Below are positions 1 to 9,249 of a stretch of DNA of 64,000 nt, piece by piece. Positions within the stretch are counted from its first letter, which is position 1; the number at the start of each line of letters is the position of its first letter. The notes beneath the pieces were generated by a model. It saw only the letters and a program-made list of their open reading frames with translations, had not been told where the DNA came from and did not search any database. This DNA is from Gammaproteobacteria bacterium (GTDB lineage: Bacteria > Pseudomonadota > Gammaproteobacteria > Eutrophobiales > Eutrophobiaceae). The stretch covers positions 832,001-896,000 of the forward strand of contig CBDCDS010000003.1 of NCBI GenBank assembly GCA_965215365.1, in the 5' to 3' direction. The translations under genes and the position numbers were made by a program.

Positions 1-1478
1 ACATGAATCTGCCTGGGTACTTTATAGTGCGCCAGCCGCTGCCGCAGCAAGTCTAACAGACCGTCAATGTTGAAATTCTTCGTGAGATTTTCCGGCACCA
101 GCGCCAAATGACCTGCCTCGCCCCATTGTTTGTCAGGGAGGCCGATCACGGCACAGTATCGTACACCTTCATAACCCAGCGCGATGTCTTCAATTTCGTG
201 CGGATAGACATTCTCGCCGCCGCTGATATACATATCTTTCTTGCGTCCCACAATATAATAAAATCCTTCTTCATCATGGACGGCTATATCACCTGTATGA
301 AACCAGCCGTTCTCATCAACTGCTTCGGACCTTCCGCCCTCAGGAGTAAAGTAACCGCTGCAGCAGGATGGCCCTTGCAGAAATAACTCGCCTTCCTGGC
401 CGGCCTTACATTCCCGGCCTTCATTATCTATCCGTACCTGGACGAAAAAATTTGGCCTGCCAATGGAACCTGCCTTACGTTGCGCGTCCTGAGGAGACAA
501 AGCAAATACTCCGGGCCCAAATTCCGTCATGCCGAAACCTTGCTTGAAACAGACCCCTTTTTCTTCTTCGTAACGCCTTATCAGAGCCAGCGGCAGAGCA
601 GCCCCTCCGGAAGTGCAAAACCGTAAGTGATTCAGCTTGGCCCGGTCCCAATCGGCACACTCCAAAAGCAAGCGATAAATTGTTGGCACCGACAGAAATA
701 CTGTTATCTTTTCTTCATCTAATTTTTTCAAGGTTACGTCTGCATCAAAACTCCTCAACAATACGGTAGCGCCGCCCAGGATAAATAGCGGCACTGTATA
801 AACCAGAAGCCCACCTGTATGAAACAGCGGCAACACATTCAAAAACCTGTCATCCTCCCCGAGGTCGTGAATAGTGGTATTCAGTGTATTCCAGGCAATG
901 TTCTCATGGCTGATACACACCGCTTTCGGGCACCCCGTGGTGCCGCCAGTGAACAGGATGACGGCGGTATCCCTTGGGCTTGTTTTAACTGTAGCCGCCC
1001 TAGGGGGGGTTACCGGCGCACCGGCGATGATAGCGTCATACTCGCACTCTTTGCTGCCTCCGATTGTCAGGATTCGCATCTTTTGAGACGATTTCAAAGC
1101 CGTTGATGCCCCATACAGCAAGTCTTTGAATTTCTTCTGGATAATTATGACTTTCGGGGTAGTGATTTGCAGCAGGTGCAACAATTCAGAAGCGCTGCAT
1201 CGCCAATTAAGCGGAACGTGAATTGCGCCGATCTTCCAGCTTGCAAAACAACATTCCAGCTGCTCTATTCCATTATCTGCCAAAATCCCCACCCGGTCTC
1301 CCGGCCCAACACCCACCTCGTGCAGGAATCCCGCAAGCCTGCTGGCCCTTTCATTGAAATGCCGATAACTGTATTCAAAACGCTTGCCGTCCTGAAAGTC
1401 AACAAACGCAGTCCGCTGCGGCGAGTAAGTCGCCCGACGCGCAGCGAGGTCTGTCAGAGTGGCGCCGAAAACTTCCAC
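1..1478 (-). CDS. Acyl-CoA synthetase / AMP-binding ligase, 3' end runs off the window
   Basis: Not in the ORF track because it has no stop in the window. Segments translated by hand from GTG 1478: MEVFGATLTDLAARRATYSPQRTAFVD...GDRVGILADN...GAIHVPLNWR...QGFGMTEFGP...LAHYKVPRQIH. The first and last segments are in the same frame. Confidence 0.88.
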   Translation of the reverse strand, partial: MEVFGATLTDLAARRATYSPQRTAFVDFQDGKRFEYSYRHFNERASRLAGFLHEVGVGPGDRVGILADNGIEQLECCFASWKIGAIHVPLNWRCSASELLHLLQITTPKVIIIQKKFKDLLYGASTALKSSQKMRILTIGGSKECEYDAIIAGAPVTPPRAATVKTSPRDTAVILFTGGTTGCPKAVCISHENIAWNTLNTTIHDLGEDDRFLNVLPLFHTGGLLVYTVPLFILGGATVLLRSFDADVTLKKLDEEKITVFLSVPTIYRLLLECADWDRAKLNHLRFCTSGGAALPLALIRRYEEEKGVCFKQGFGMTEFGPGVFALSPQDAQRKAGSIGRPNFFVQVRIDNEGRECKAGQEGELFLQGPSCCSGYFTPEGGRSEAVDENGWFHTGDIAVHDEEGFYYIVGRKKDMYISGGENVYPHEIEDIALGYEGVRYCAVIGLPDKQWGEAGHLALVPENLTKNFNIDGLLDLLRQRLAHYKVPRQIH

Positions 1479-1507
1479 CGGAGTACCGTGCAATACAAAC
1501 GATCAAA

Positions 1508-2500
1508 TTACAGCCATTTCCACAAGGATGAGGCCATAGTGATGCCGCCACCGCTGGCAGTAAAGAGAAGCAGGTCTCCAGACTTGGGTCCAATACCTTG
1601 TTCTATGGCATCATCCAAAGTCATTGGCAGACAGGCAGACCCGGTGTAACCGTATTTGTCCATGATGTAATGAGCTTTGGCTAATGGTTGACGCATATCG
1701 CGCATTACATGTCTAATCGTATGCAGGTTTAATTGAGTGAAATAAAAATGGTCCACCTGTTCCAAGGAAACACCCGCTTGCTCACAAGTGCTATCTATTA
1801 AAGCCGGCCAGTGTAAGCGGTTAAATTCCGCGGGTATCTTTTTGGCAAATTTCACCGCGGGGGCGCCGAAATTTGCTATATTTTCACTGGTTGCCGGGCA
1901 GTTCGCGCCGCCATAAAATATCCCCAGCGCATCATAGTTCTCATTAAATGATTTGAAACTCGAACCCAGCCAATGTTGTTTGTCTGCCCTCGACAAAATA
2001 ACCGCGCCAGCGCCATCAGCAAATAAAGTCGCTGTATATTTGTCTCGCATATCCAAAAACCTAGACATGGCGTAGGCTCCAGCAACCACAATATACCGAA
2101 TCGAGTTATCAGTCACTATGCGGCGCGCTGCAAGGTCCAAGGCATTGACCCAACCAGAGCAAGCGCTGTTTATGTCGAATCCAGGTATGTTGTTGGCTCC
2201 GAGTTTTGACAGAGTTGCACAGGCCGTTGCCGGCGAGAACCAGTCGGGCGTGTCAGTCGAGCAAATCAATAAGTCCATTTGATTTGCAGAAAGTCCTGCC
2301 CGATCTAAAGCAATCTTCACTGCTTCTACCACAAGATCGGATGTCGTTTGATCCTCTTCGATAAAATAGCGTTGTTTGATGCCAACATTTCTTTGCAGCC
2401 ACTCATCAACGGGTTGACCAACCAATGTTTCTATCTCTTGATTGGTCACCAGTCGTTCGGGAACATATTTTCCCGTAGCGATGATGCATGGAAAGCCCAT
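1508..2500 (-). CDS. FabH/KAS III-like protein with a non-canonical triad
   Basis: Thiolase-fold motifs GIKQRY, DINSACSG (catalytic Cys), LFADGAGA. The HQAN motif reads TQLN and GNT reads GYT. Confidence 0.85.
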   Translation of the reverse strand: MGFPCIIATGKYVPERLVTNQEIETLVGQPVDEWLQRNVGIKQRYFIEEDQTTSDLVVEAVKIALDRAGLSANQMDLLICSTDTPDWFSPATACATLSKLGANNIPGFDINSACSGWVNALDLAARRIVTDNSIRYIVVAGAYAMSRFLDMRDKYTATLFADGAGAVILSRADKQHWLGSSFKSFNENYDALGIFYGGANCPATSENIANFGAPAVKFAKKIPAEFNRLHWPALIDSTCEQAGVSLEQVDHFYFTQLNLHTIRHVMRDMRQPLAKAHYIMDKYGYTGSACLPMTLDDAIEQGIGPKSGDLLLFTASGGGITMASSLWKWL

Positions 2501-2532
2501 GGACCGGAAGCTCCTTCTGCTGGTGTAATGTC

Positions 2533-4800
2533 CTAGAAAAACCGGTAGCGTACCTGAAACCGGTAGGTCAGGGGTTGACCATAATAAGCCAAGCCTACAC
2601 CTGGAAATGCCGTCAGGTCAAAACCGTGGGTAATGTATTCCTCATCCGTCAGGTTCTTCACACCGAAAGACGCATCCCACTTGCCATTTTCAGCTTCCAG
2701 GCCGATAGAGGCATTGACAAGGGTAAAATCGTCCTGCCACAGGGCTTCCAGATTGTTGATATCGACGAAATAATCCGATCTGTAACTGACATCGGCGCCC
2801 ACAAGTAAATATGCAAAGCCCAGAGAGTGTCGGTACTGAAAGCCTAGGTTGCCCGTTAGTTCGGGCGAGTTGATAGGAGTCAAAGCGCCACTCACGTCCT
2901 GATTGGCGCTGTTGATGAATTCTTTGTACTCAGCTTCGAGGTAACCGACGTTCAGACTTACCAGAAAATTCGGCGCCGGATTGGCGAGCAGCTCCGCTTC
3001 CAACCCCCAGTTTTCCGCCTTGCCGGCGTTCGTGAATACGGTTGCAAAACCTCCTGTTGAGGTCGCCGAAAAACTGCTTAGCTGTAAGTCCTGATAGTCA
3101 TTATAAAACGCAGCCGCGCTAAGGCGCAGTCTGCCATCCGCAAGGCTGGATTTCCAGCCAATTTCATAGGTATCGGCAATTTCAGGATCATACGGCAGCG
3201 CCTGAGTGTTGACCGCGCCGCCGTCACTGGCGCCGTTATACCCGATGCGGCCATCAAACCCGCCACTCTTGAAACCCCGCGCATAAGTGAAGTAGGCCAT
3301 GCTGACATCGTTAAACCTGTAGCTGATGCCGGCTTTCGGCGTAACCTTACTGAAATCCTCATTCAAATCGAGATTAAGCGCAAACGGATTGGTGGAGTTC
3401 AAGGGAGGGTTGCATTCGTCTATGCTGGACAAAGGCGCCCCGAGGGCCTGACACGCCCTGCGTTTCAGTTCCTTCGATTCATGCGTATAGCGCGCGCCGA
3501 CAGTAAGCTCCAGCGCGGCTGTGATAAACCAGGATGCCTCACCAAAAACGGCAACCGCTTCCACAGACTGGTCATTTTCGCTGACCGTTTCATAAGGTGA
3601 AAAGAACAGCCCCGCCCCTCCTGTGAAATCGACTGGTTCGGTATTGTTGATCCCATCCGGGGTTACATCATCCTCGGAAAAATAATAGGCGCCCGCCAAG
3701 GCCTTAAGAGCGCCCCCCGCGTCATAAGACAACTGCAACTCCTGGCTGAACTGTTCCTGATCCTGGTCAACGAAAACCCCGAAAATATTGAATCCAGTGC
3801 CATCAAGGTCAATATTCGTTTTATGTTCAAGCTGTCTGAACGAAGTAATGGATTTCAGGCTGATGGCATCTGCAGCCTGATAATCCACGGTGAGCCCTAT
3901 GCCTTCCACTTTCAGCCGCTCCACATCATTGAAATCCGCTTCGACCTCAAAGGGATCATCCGTGGCCTGATAACCCGCAGTATTCTGAACCAGCGTCGGC
4001 CCGGGAGTCACCCTTGCAGGAGTGATAGAGCGTTCAGGGTCATTAACCGACCGGTCGAGGGTCAAGTTGAAACTCAGGTTATCATTCGGGAAGTACTGCA
4101 GGTGCAGGCGCCCTGCGAACGTTCGTTTATCGCCGTCGGCGCCGTTCCCTGCTGCGGCTCCGGTAAAGGTGTTGTCGTTATAACCGTCGTGCGCCACGTG
4201 AGCAAGGGAGAGGCGCCCAAGCAGACTTCCGTCGGCACTGAGCGGGCCGCTCCAAGTCGCTCTTAGCATATATTCACTGTAATTCCCAATCGAGGCTTCG
4301 CCCTCAAGGAACGGGGTATCCGTCGGCCCTGCCGACACATATTTTATGGCCCCTCCGATGGTATTGCGTCCGTACAAAGTGCCCTGTGGCCCTCGCAATA
4401 CCTCGATTCGCTCGACATCGATCACATCCAGAAACGAACCCTGCGCCCGGCCCATATAGACATCGTCAAGATAGACTCCGACCCCCGGATCTGCAAAAGA
4501 CAAGGAATCTCTTTGCCCCACACCGCGGATATAAATGATAGCGTTTGCCGCGTCACCCATGTTCAGGCTCAGGTTGGGAACGATATTCTGTATATCACCC
4601 AAATCATCAACCTGAAAACGGGCCAGCTCCGATGCAGAGAGTGCACTGACGGAAAGCGGTGCATCCATGATGCTCTCCTCTCGCTTACGCGCCGTTACCA
4701 CTACCTCTTCCAGCAAGCCATCAGCCAGAGCTACTGATGTAACAGGCGGTGAGAAAAAACCAATAGACAAAAGGCAAACCAGTATTTTTTTCATGATCAA
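2533..4800 (-). CDS. TonB-dependent receptor
   Basis: Signal peptide, LEEVVVTARKREES, plug motif IEVLRGPQGTLYGRNTIGG, C-terminal YRFF. Confidence 0.95.
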   Translation of the reverse strand: MIMKKILVCLLSIGFFSPPVTSVALADGLLEEVVVTARKREESIMDAPLSVSALSASELARFQVDDLGDIQNIVPNLSLNMGDAANAIIYIRGVGQRDSLSFADPGVGVYLDDVYMGRAQGSFLDVIDVERIEVLRGPQGTLYGRNTIGGAIKYVSAGPTDTPFLEGEASIGNYSEYMLRATWSGPLSADGSLLGRLSLAHVAHDGYNDNTFTGAAAGNGADGDKRTFAGRLHLQYFPNDNLSFNLTLDRSVNDPERSITPARVTPGPTLVQNTAGYQATDDPFEVEADFNDVERLKVEGIGLTVDYQAADAISLKSITSFRQLEHKTNIDLDGTGFNIFGVFVDQDQEQFSQELQLSYDAGGALKALAGAYYFSEDDVTPDGINNTEPVDFTGGAGLFFSPYETVSENDQSVEAVAVFGEASWFITAALELTVGARYTHESKELKRRACQALGAPLSSIDECNPPLNSTNPFALNLDLNEDFSKVTPKAGISYRFNDVSMAYFTYARGFKSGGFDGRIGYNGASDGGAVNTQALPYDPEIADTYEIGWKSSLADGRLRLSAAAFYNDYQDLQLSSFSATSTGGFATVFTNAGKAENWGLEAELLANPAPNFLVSLNVGYLEAEYKEFINSANQDVSGALTPINSPELTGNLGFQYRHSLGFAYLLVGADVSYRSDYFVDINNLEALWQDDFTLVNASIGLEAENGKWDASFGVKNLTDEEYITHGFDLTAFPGVGLAYYGQPLTYRFQVRYRFF

Positions 4801-6029
4801 TCCTCGCTGCTAAAATGATCGACGATCGCTTTTATCATGCGCATTTCAGTCCCCTCCTGGGTGTAATAGTTTTCTTTATCTTCTTCGTAGAAGGGCCAGA
4901 ACTCCCAGCAGCCATACGGATTTATGTCATCTTGGCCAGTCCCAATGTTGTATGCTTGAGGGTATAAAACGACTATCCCATTAGCTTCTGCAACTCCATT
5001 AAAGGGTCCGTTATAAAACAGGTCATCGAACTGTATTTTTTTACCTGCCTTTGGGCTGCCGACTTTGCCTGTAAATGTCCATTCAGGGAATTGTTGGCAA
5101 CCGTGAAGCGCGACATGCAACTTGTCGCACTGTTCGGGGTTGCTCTTACAAACACTCGGTGTATAAACATAAAGCGTCTCACCTATGCCATGTTTGTGTA
5201 AATCATCGACCGTCTTTATTTCCGGATTATCTACGAATTGCAGTTGTTCATACGAAGTAATTTCCCCGGATGGTTCAACAGCATCTTTAATATTTCCATA
5301 TATGTGGCCCAAAATATCTTGCGCCATGGAGTATCCACCTTTAACGGGGGTATATTCATTGGGATAAGGGCAGTGATACAGCCATGGATCATTTCCACGG
5401 TACAGTTCATTGGGGAACCAAGGGTAGCTTTGAGAATTAGCAGGTGCACAAGGGGTTCCTTGATCGGCGTAATCTATATATGCATCATATTTCTCCAGTT
5501 TGGTTGGCAACCCATGTGCAATCGCGTAATCGAAGTATCCAGGAATCGCGTTCCAGGCAAGAACATTAGAGGCCGGATTGGCTGAAAAATATTGAAAAAA
5601 TAGAACCGACAGATAGCCTAATCCGGGATTTATAACTTGATCCGTAGCAGAGTTAAATATGAACACTTTGGTTTGTTTCAAATTGGAGACATTATCAATC
5701 TTGCCGTCTTTGGATAGCTCAATAGCCTTATCCTTGTATGGTTCGTAATTATCAGGCACGATAGCAGCGCCACCCATGCACTTCAGTTTAATCGCGTTAA
5801 TATCCGTCATATTCTCTGCACAAAAATAGGGACCTCCTGCGACGGAACCCACCCCCATAAAGGTTTCGGAATAAGCCACTTGCAACTGCACTGCCATATA
5901 TGCTCCGGAAGAAACACCTGAGACGGACACCTTCTTGCTTGAATTTACGTCCGCAATAACAGCGCCACTCAAAAATAACCCCATTGCTACCAACGAGAGC
6001 AGCGGACTCAATAACGCCTTCATATACAA
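4797..6029 (-). CDS. Secreted PHB-depolymerase-family esterase
   Basis: Signal peptide, N-terminal lipase box GVSSG, AGGPYFCA, LHVALHGCQQ, NPYGCWEFW. It overlaps the receptor gene by 4 bp. Confidence 0.8.
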   Translation of the reverse strand: MYMKALLSPLLSLVAMGLFLSGAVIADVNSSKKVSVSGVSSGAYMAVQLQVAYSETFMGVGSVAGGPYFCAENMTDINAIKLKCMGGAAIVPDNYEPYKDKAIELSKDGKIDNVSNLKQTKVFIFNSATDQVINPGLGYLSVLFFQYFSANPASNVLAWNAIPGYFDYAIAHGLPTKLEKYDAYIDYADQGTPCAPANSQSYPWFPNELYRGNDPWLYHCPYPNEYTPVKGGYSMAQDILGHIYGNIKDAVEPSGEITSYEQLQFVDNPEIKTVDDLHKHGIGETLYVYTPSVCKSNPEQCDKLHVALHGCQQFPEWTFTGKVGSPKAGKKIQFDDLFYNGPFNGVAEANGIVVLYPQAYNIGTGQDDINPYGCWEFWPFYEEDKENYYTQEGTEMRMIKAIVDHFSSED

Positions 6030-6410
6030 TCCCCCTGATGATAGTTTTTTGAAAAACTGAGGACCGGCTTCGATAGTTCAGCCTGAGGTTGACTCAATTC
6101 ATCGAAGCGCGAAAATTAATCTTTTAGACCCCATCTTCAATAAATTCTAGGAGCGATACTAGGCTAATCAATAGAAAATATTTCACGTAAAAACTACGGA
6201 AATTATTTTATCTATCAGTAAACTGACAGGCAGAACCAAGACCAGCGAGAGCGCATCAAGCGCAGTGTGTTATGTGGAAAGAGTAGGAGTATTGTCATAA
6301 CTTATTGAGAGCAATCATGTTTCACAAGGCAACAAGCGACCTGGTGAGATATGCGGGTTAGAGGTGGCCTTATCGGAGATACCGTGGTGAGTGCATTGGA
6401 CCGGATTGAG

Positions 6411-7265
6411 ATGGTAACAGTAGCTTGCGCCGAACCGGGCGCGGTGGCGTACGCGTATCAGTGCTACTTGCATTACCGGCAGGTGGCGGCGGGTCAGGTT
6501 TCCACGCAACTGGCGCAGTTGTGGCAGCGAGATGCGCTGGCCGGCGCACCGTGCCTGCTGCTGGCGCCGGCTGCCGCTGGGCGGCACTTCGTGCGGTTGA
6601 TTCAAGTTGACGCCGACCCGGAATATCAGCCCTTCAGCGCAGCCGGGTGGAGCGCGGCCGAGATACTCGTCAACGATGTGGATCGTCTGGCGCGCGCGCT
6701 GGACGGTTCGCCGTTTACCCTTGTCGGCGCGCCTGCCGACCTGTCGTTTACCGATAAGATCCGCGCCTGCCAGGTGCTCGGGCCGGCGGCAGAAGCGCTC
6801 TACCTGACGCAGATCAAGGGTGATATTCCGGGTTTTGATTTGCCCCGCGCCCGTCAGGCCGTGGAGCACTGTTTTGTTACCATCCTGGCCACGGCTTCTC
6901 TGTCGACCAGCATGGCTTATTACCGGGCGCGCTTCGGTGTGGCCGAGGCGCCGGTTATTGAGGCGCGCATCACCTTGATGTCCGCAGCCTTTGACCTGCC
7001 GCGCGAGCGCCTGCACCGGCTCGCGGCGCTGACGCTGGGCGACCCCGCTTACCTGCTGGAAATGGATGAACTGCCGCCCGACTGCGCCCCCCGCCAGCGC
7101 CGCCCCGGGCTGTTGCCGTCTGGCATTGCCATGGTAAGTTTCAACTGTACCGGGCATCCGCACCATAACACCACCGTCACCCTGTCCGAACCTCCATACC
7201 ATGGCCGCCCGACAGGTTTCTGCACCGGTCCCTCCGGGGAACTGCTGGAATTGATCTATTCCTGA
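6411..7265 (+). CDS. Hypothetical protein, possibly VOC/glyoxalase-like
   Basis: Long ORF with host-like codon usage. C-terminal GPSGELLELI resembles VOC strands. Start uncertain (6351 or 6411). Confidence 0.55.
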   Translation: MVTVACAEPGAVAYAYQCYLHYRQVAAGQVSTQLAQLWQRDALAGAPCLLLAPAAAGRHFVRLIQVDADPEYQPFSAAGWSAAEILVNDVDRLARALDGSPFTLVGAPADLSFTDKIRACQVLGPAAEALYLTQIKGDIPGFDLPRARQAVEHCFVTILATASLSTSMAYYRARFGVAEAPVIEARITLMSAAFDLPRERLHRLAALTLGDPAYLLEMDELPPDCAPRQRRPGLLPSGIAMVSFNCTGHPHHNTTVTLSEPPYHGRPTGFCTGPSGELLELIYS

Positions 7266-7358
7266 CCGGACGACCCCTGCCCCCATCTTGGTGAGATCTG
7301 CGGGCTAAAATGTTATAGTCTCATAGCAACCTCTCAAAATGCCCTGAAAACTGTAACA

Positions 7359-8540
7359 ATGACGAATCAGGAACTGCCCCTCGCCGGGATCAAGGTAGTT
7401 GAATTTTCACACATGGTCATGGGGCCCAGCGCCGGATTGTTACTGGCTGATCTGGGCGCTGACGTCATCAAGGTAGAACCGTTGACGGGTGACAACACCC
7501 GCCGTTTGCGCGGGTCGGGCGCCGGCTACTTTTCCATGTACAACCGCAACAAGCGCAGTGTCTGTATCGACCTCAAATCTGCTCGCGGCCGGGATTTGGC
7601 TAAACGTTTGCTCAGCGCGGCGGATGTCTTTATCGAAAATTTCAGGCCCGGCGCCATGGACGCGGCCGGTTTTAGTTACGATGAACTGGCCGCGGATAAT
7701 CCCGGGTTACTGTATTACTCCGCTAGGGGCTTCCTGGCCGGGCCTTATGAGCACCGCACTGCGCTGGACGAGGTGGCGCAGATGATGGGTGGCCTGGCCT
7801 ACATGACCGGCCCGCCGGGGCAACCGCTCCGCGCCGGCACTTCGGTTATCGATGTGGTCGGTGGCATGTTTGGGGTGATCGGGCTGCTCTCGGCCCTGGA
7901 GCTGCGCCGCCGCACCGGGCGCGGTCAGCACGTCAACAGCGCCTTGTTTGAAAGCACGGCCTTCCTGGTCGGCCAGCACATGGCGCAACATGCCGTCACC
8001 GGGACGCCGGCCCCGCCCATGCCGGTGCGGGTGTCGGCCTGGGCAGTTTATGACATCTTCACCTGCAAGGACGAGCAGCAGGTGTTTGTGGCTGTGGTCA
8101 GCGATACCCAATGGCGCAAATTCTGCGCTGAGTTTGCCTTGGATGAGTTCGCCCGTGATGACACGCTGGCCGAAAACAACAGCCGCGTGCAACAGCGCGA
8201 CCTGATTCTGCCGCGGGTACGCGCATTGTTTCTTGAATTGAACTCAGCACAGCTCATGACGCAACTCAACCGGTGCGGCCTGCCCTATGCGCCGGTGTCT
8301 AGGCCGGAAGACCTGTCTGCAGACCCGCACCTGCTGGCCTCTGGCGGCCTGTTGGACGTGACTACGCCGGACGGCAAAGCCACCCGGCTGCCGGCACTGC
8401 CGGTGCAGCTGGACGGAAAACGTCCGGGCTTGCGGCGCGACGTGCCGAGACAGGGCGAGCACACCCGCGAGGTAATGCGGGAACTGGGGCTGACGGATGC
8501 CGCTATCGAGGCGCTGGTCAACGATGGGGTGTTAGCTTAA
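7359..8540 (+). CDS. CaiB/BaiF family III CoA-transferase
   Basis: PLAGIKVVEFSHMVMGP, LADLGADVIKVEP, NRNKRS, ENFRPG motifs. Confidence 0.93.
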   Translation: MTNQELPLAGIKVVEFSHMVMGPSAGLLLADLGADVIKVEPLTGDNTRRLRGSGAGYFSMYNRNKRSVCIDLKSARGRDLAKRLLSAADVFIENFRPGAMDAAGFSYDELAADNPGLLYYSARGFLAGPYEHRTALDEVAQMMGGLAYMTGPPGQPLRAGTSVIDVVGGMFGVIGLLSALELRRRTGRGQHVNSALFESTAFLVGQHMAQHAVTGTPAPPMPVRVSAWAVYDIFTCKDEQQVFVAVVSDTQWRKFCAEFALDEFARDDTLAENNSRVQQRDLILPRVRALFLELNSAQLMTQLNRCGLPYAPVSRPEDLSADPHLLASGGLLDVTTPDGKATRLPALPVQLDGKRPGLRRDVPRQGEHTREVMRELGLTDAAIEALVNDGVLA

Positions 8541-8588
8541 GGTCACCTCTAAAAATACCACGGAGGGTATTTTTAGAGGTGACCTTAA
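8537..8588. repeat. 44-bp palindromic element flanked by TTAA; MITE/REP-like and a probable bidirectional terminator
   Basis: TTAA-ggtcacctctaaaaatacc-acggag-ggtatttttagaggtgacc-TTAA lies between convergent stops. A related copy is at 46321-46358. Confidence 0.8.
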
Positions 8589-9205
8589 GGAAACCTTAAA
8601 TAAGCCCAGCTGCGCTGCTGTCGGTCTCTGGCCTGAAACTTCTCTATCGCATCTTGGCGTTGCAGGGTCAGGTCTATGGCGTCCATGCCCTGTAGCAGCA
8701 GCTCCCGGTAAAGCGGCTCGATCCGGAAGCGGTAACTCAAGCCGGTGGCAGTGGCAACCGTGGTGTTGTGCAAGTCGATAGTAATGCGCGCCGCGTCAGC
8801 ATGGCATAGGTTGAGGATGGTCGCCTCCGGCAGCCTTACCGGCAACAGGCCGTTGCGCATGGCGTTATGGTAAAAAATTGAGCCGAAGCCCGGGGCGATG
8901 ACCGCCCTGAAACCGTATTCCAGCAACGCCCACACCGCGTGCTCGCGGGAAGAACCGCAGCCGAAGTTGGCGCCAGCCAGCAAGATGCCGGCGTTGGCGT
9001 ACTGCGGTTGGTTGAGCACAAAATCAGGATTAAGGGCGCGCGCCTCGCGCGCCGTGTTCAGGTAACGCCAGCCGGCAAACAGACCGGCGCCCAAACCCCG
9101 TTTTGATACCAGGCGCATCTCCCGGGACGGGATAATGGCGTCGGTGTCGATATTATTGCGCAGTAACGGCACGGCGACGCCTTCATAGGTGCCGAAGGGT
9201 TTCAT
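8585..9205 (-). CDS. leuD: 3-isopropylmalate dehydratase small subunit-like protein
   Basis: NIDTDAIIP, NFGCGSSREHAVWAL, FGSIFYHNAMRNGLLP. It may be a catabolic paralog. Confidence 0.85.
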   Translation of the reverse strand: MKPFGTYEGVAVPLLRNNIDTDAIIPSREMRLVSKRGLGAGLFAGWRYLNTAREARALNPDFVLNQPQYANAGILLAGANFGCGSSREHAVWALLEYGFRAVIAPGFGSIFYHNAMRNGLLPVRLPEATILNLCHADAARITIDLHNTTVATATGLSYRFRIEPLYRELLLQGMDAIDLTLQRQDAIEKFQARDRQQRSWAYLRFP

Positions 9206-9249
9206 GAGCAGTTGCTCATGGGTTCTCACGCGCCGTGTTCGGCACCCGC

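Noticed and set aside
6067-6108. Inverted repeat gcttcgat...atcgaagc upstream of the esterase
   Set aside because: Only an 8-bp stem, and I recognise no riboswitch or operator consensus.
6315-7286. 323-aa minus-strand ORF
   Set aside because: Arg/Gln-rich shadow of the plus-strand gene, which has more protein-like composition.
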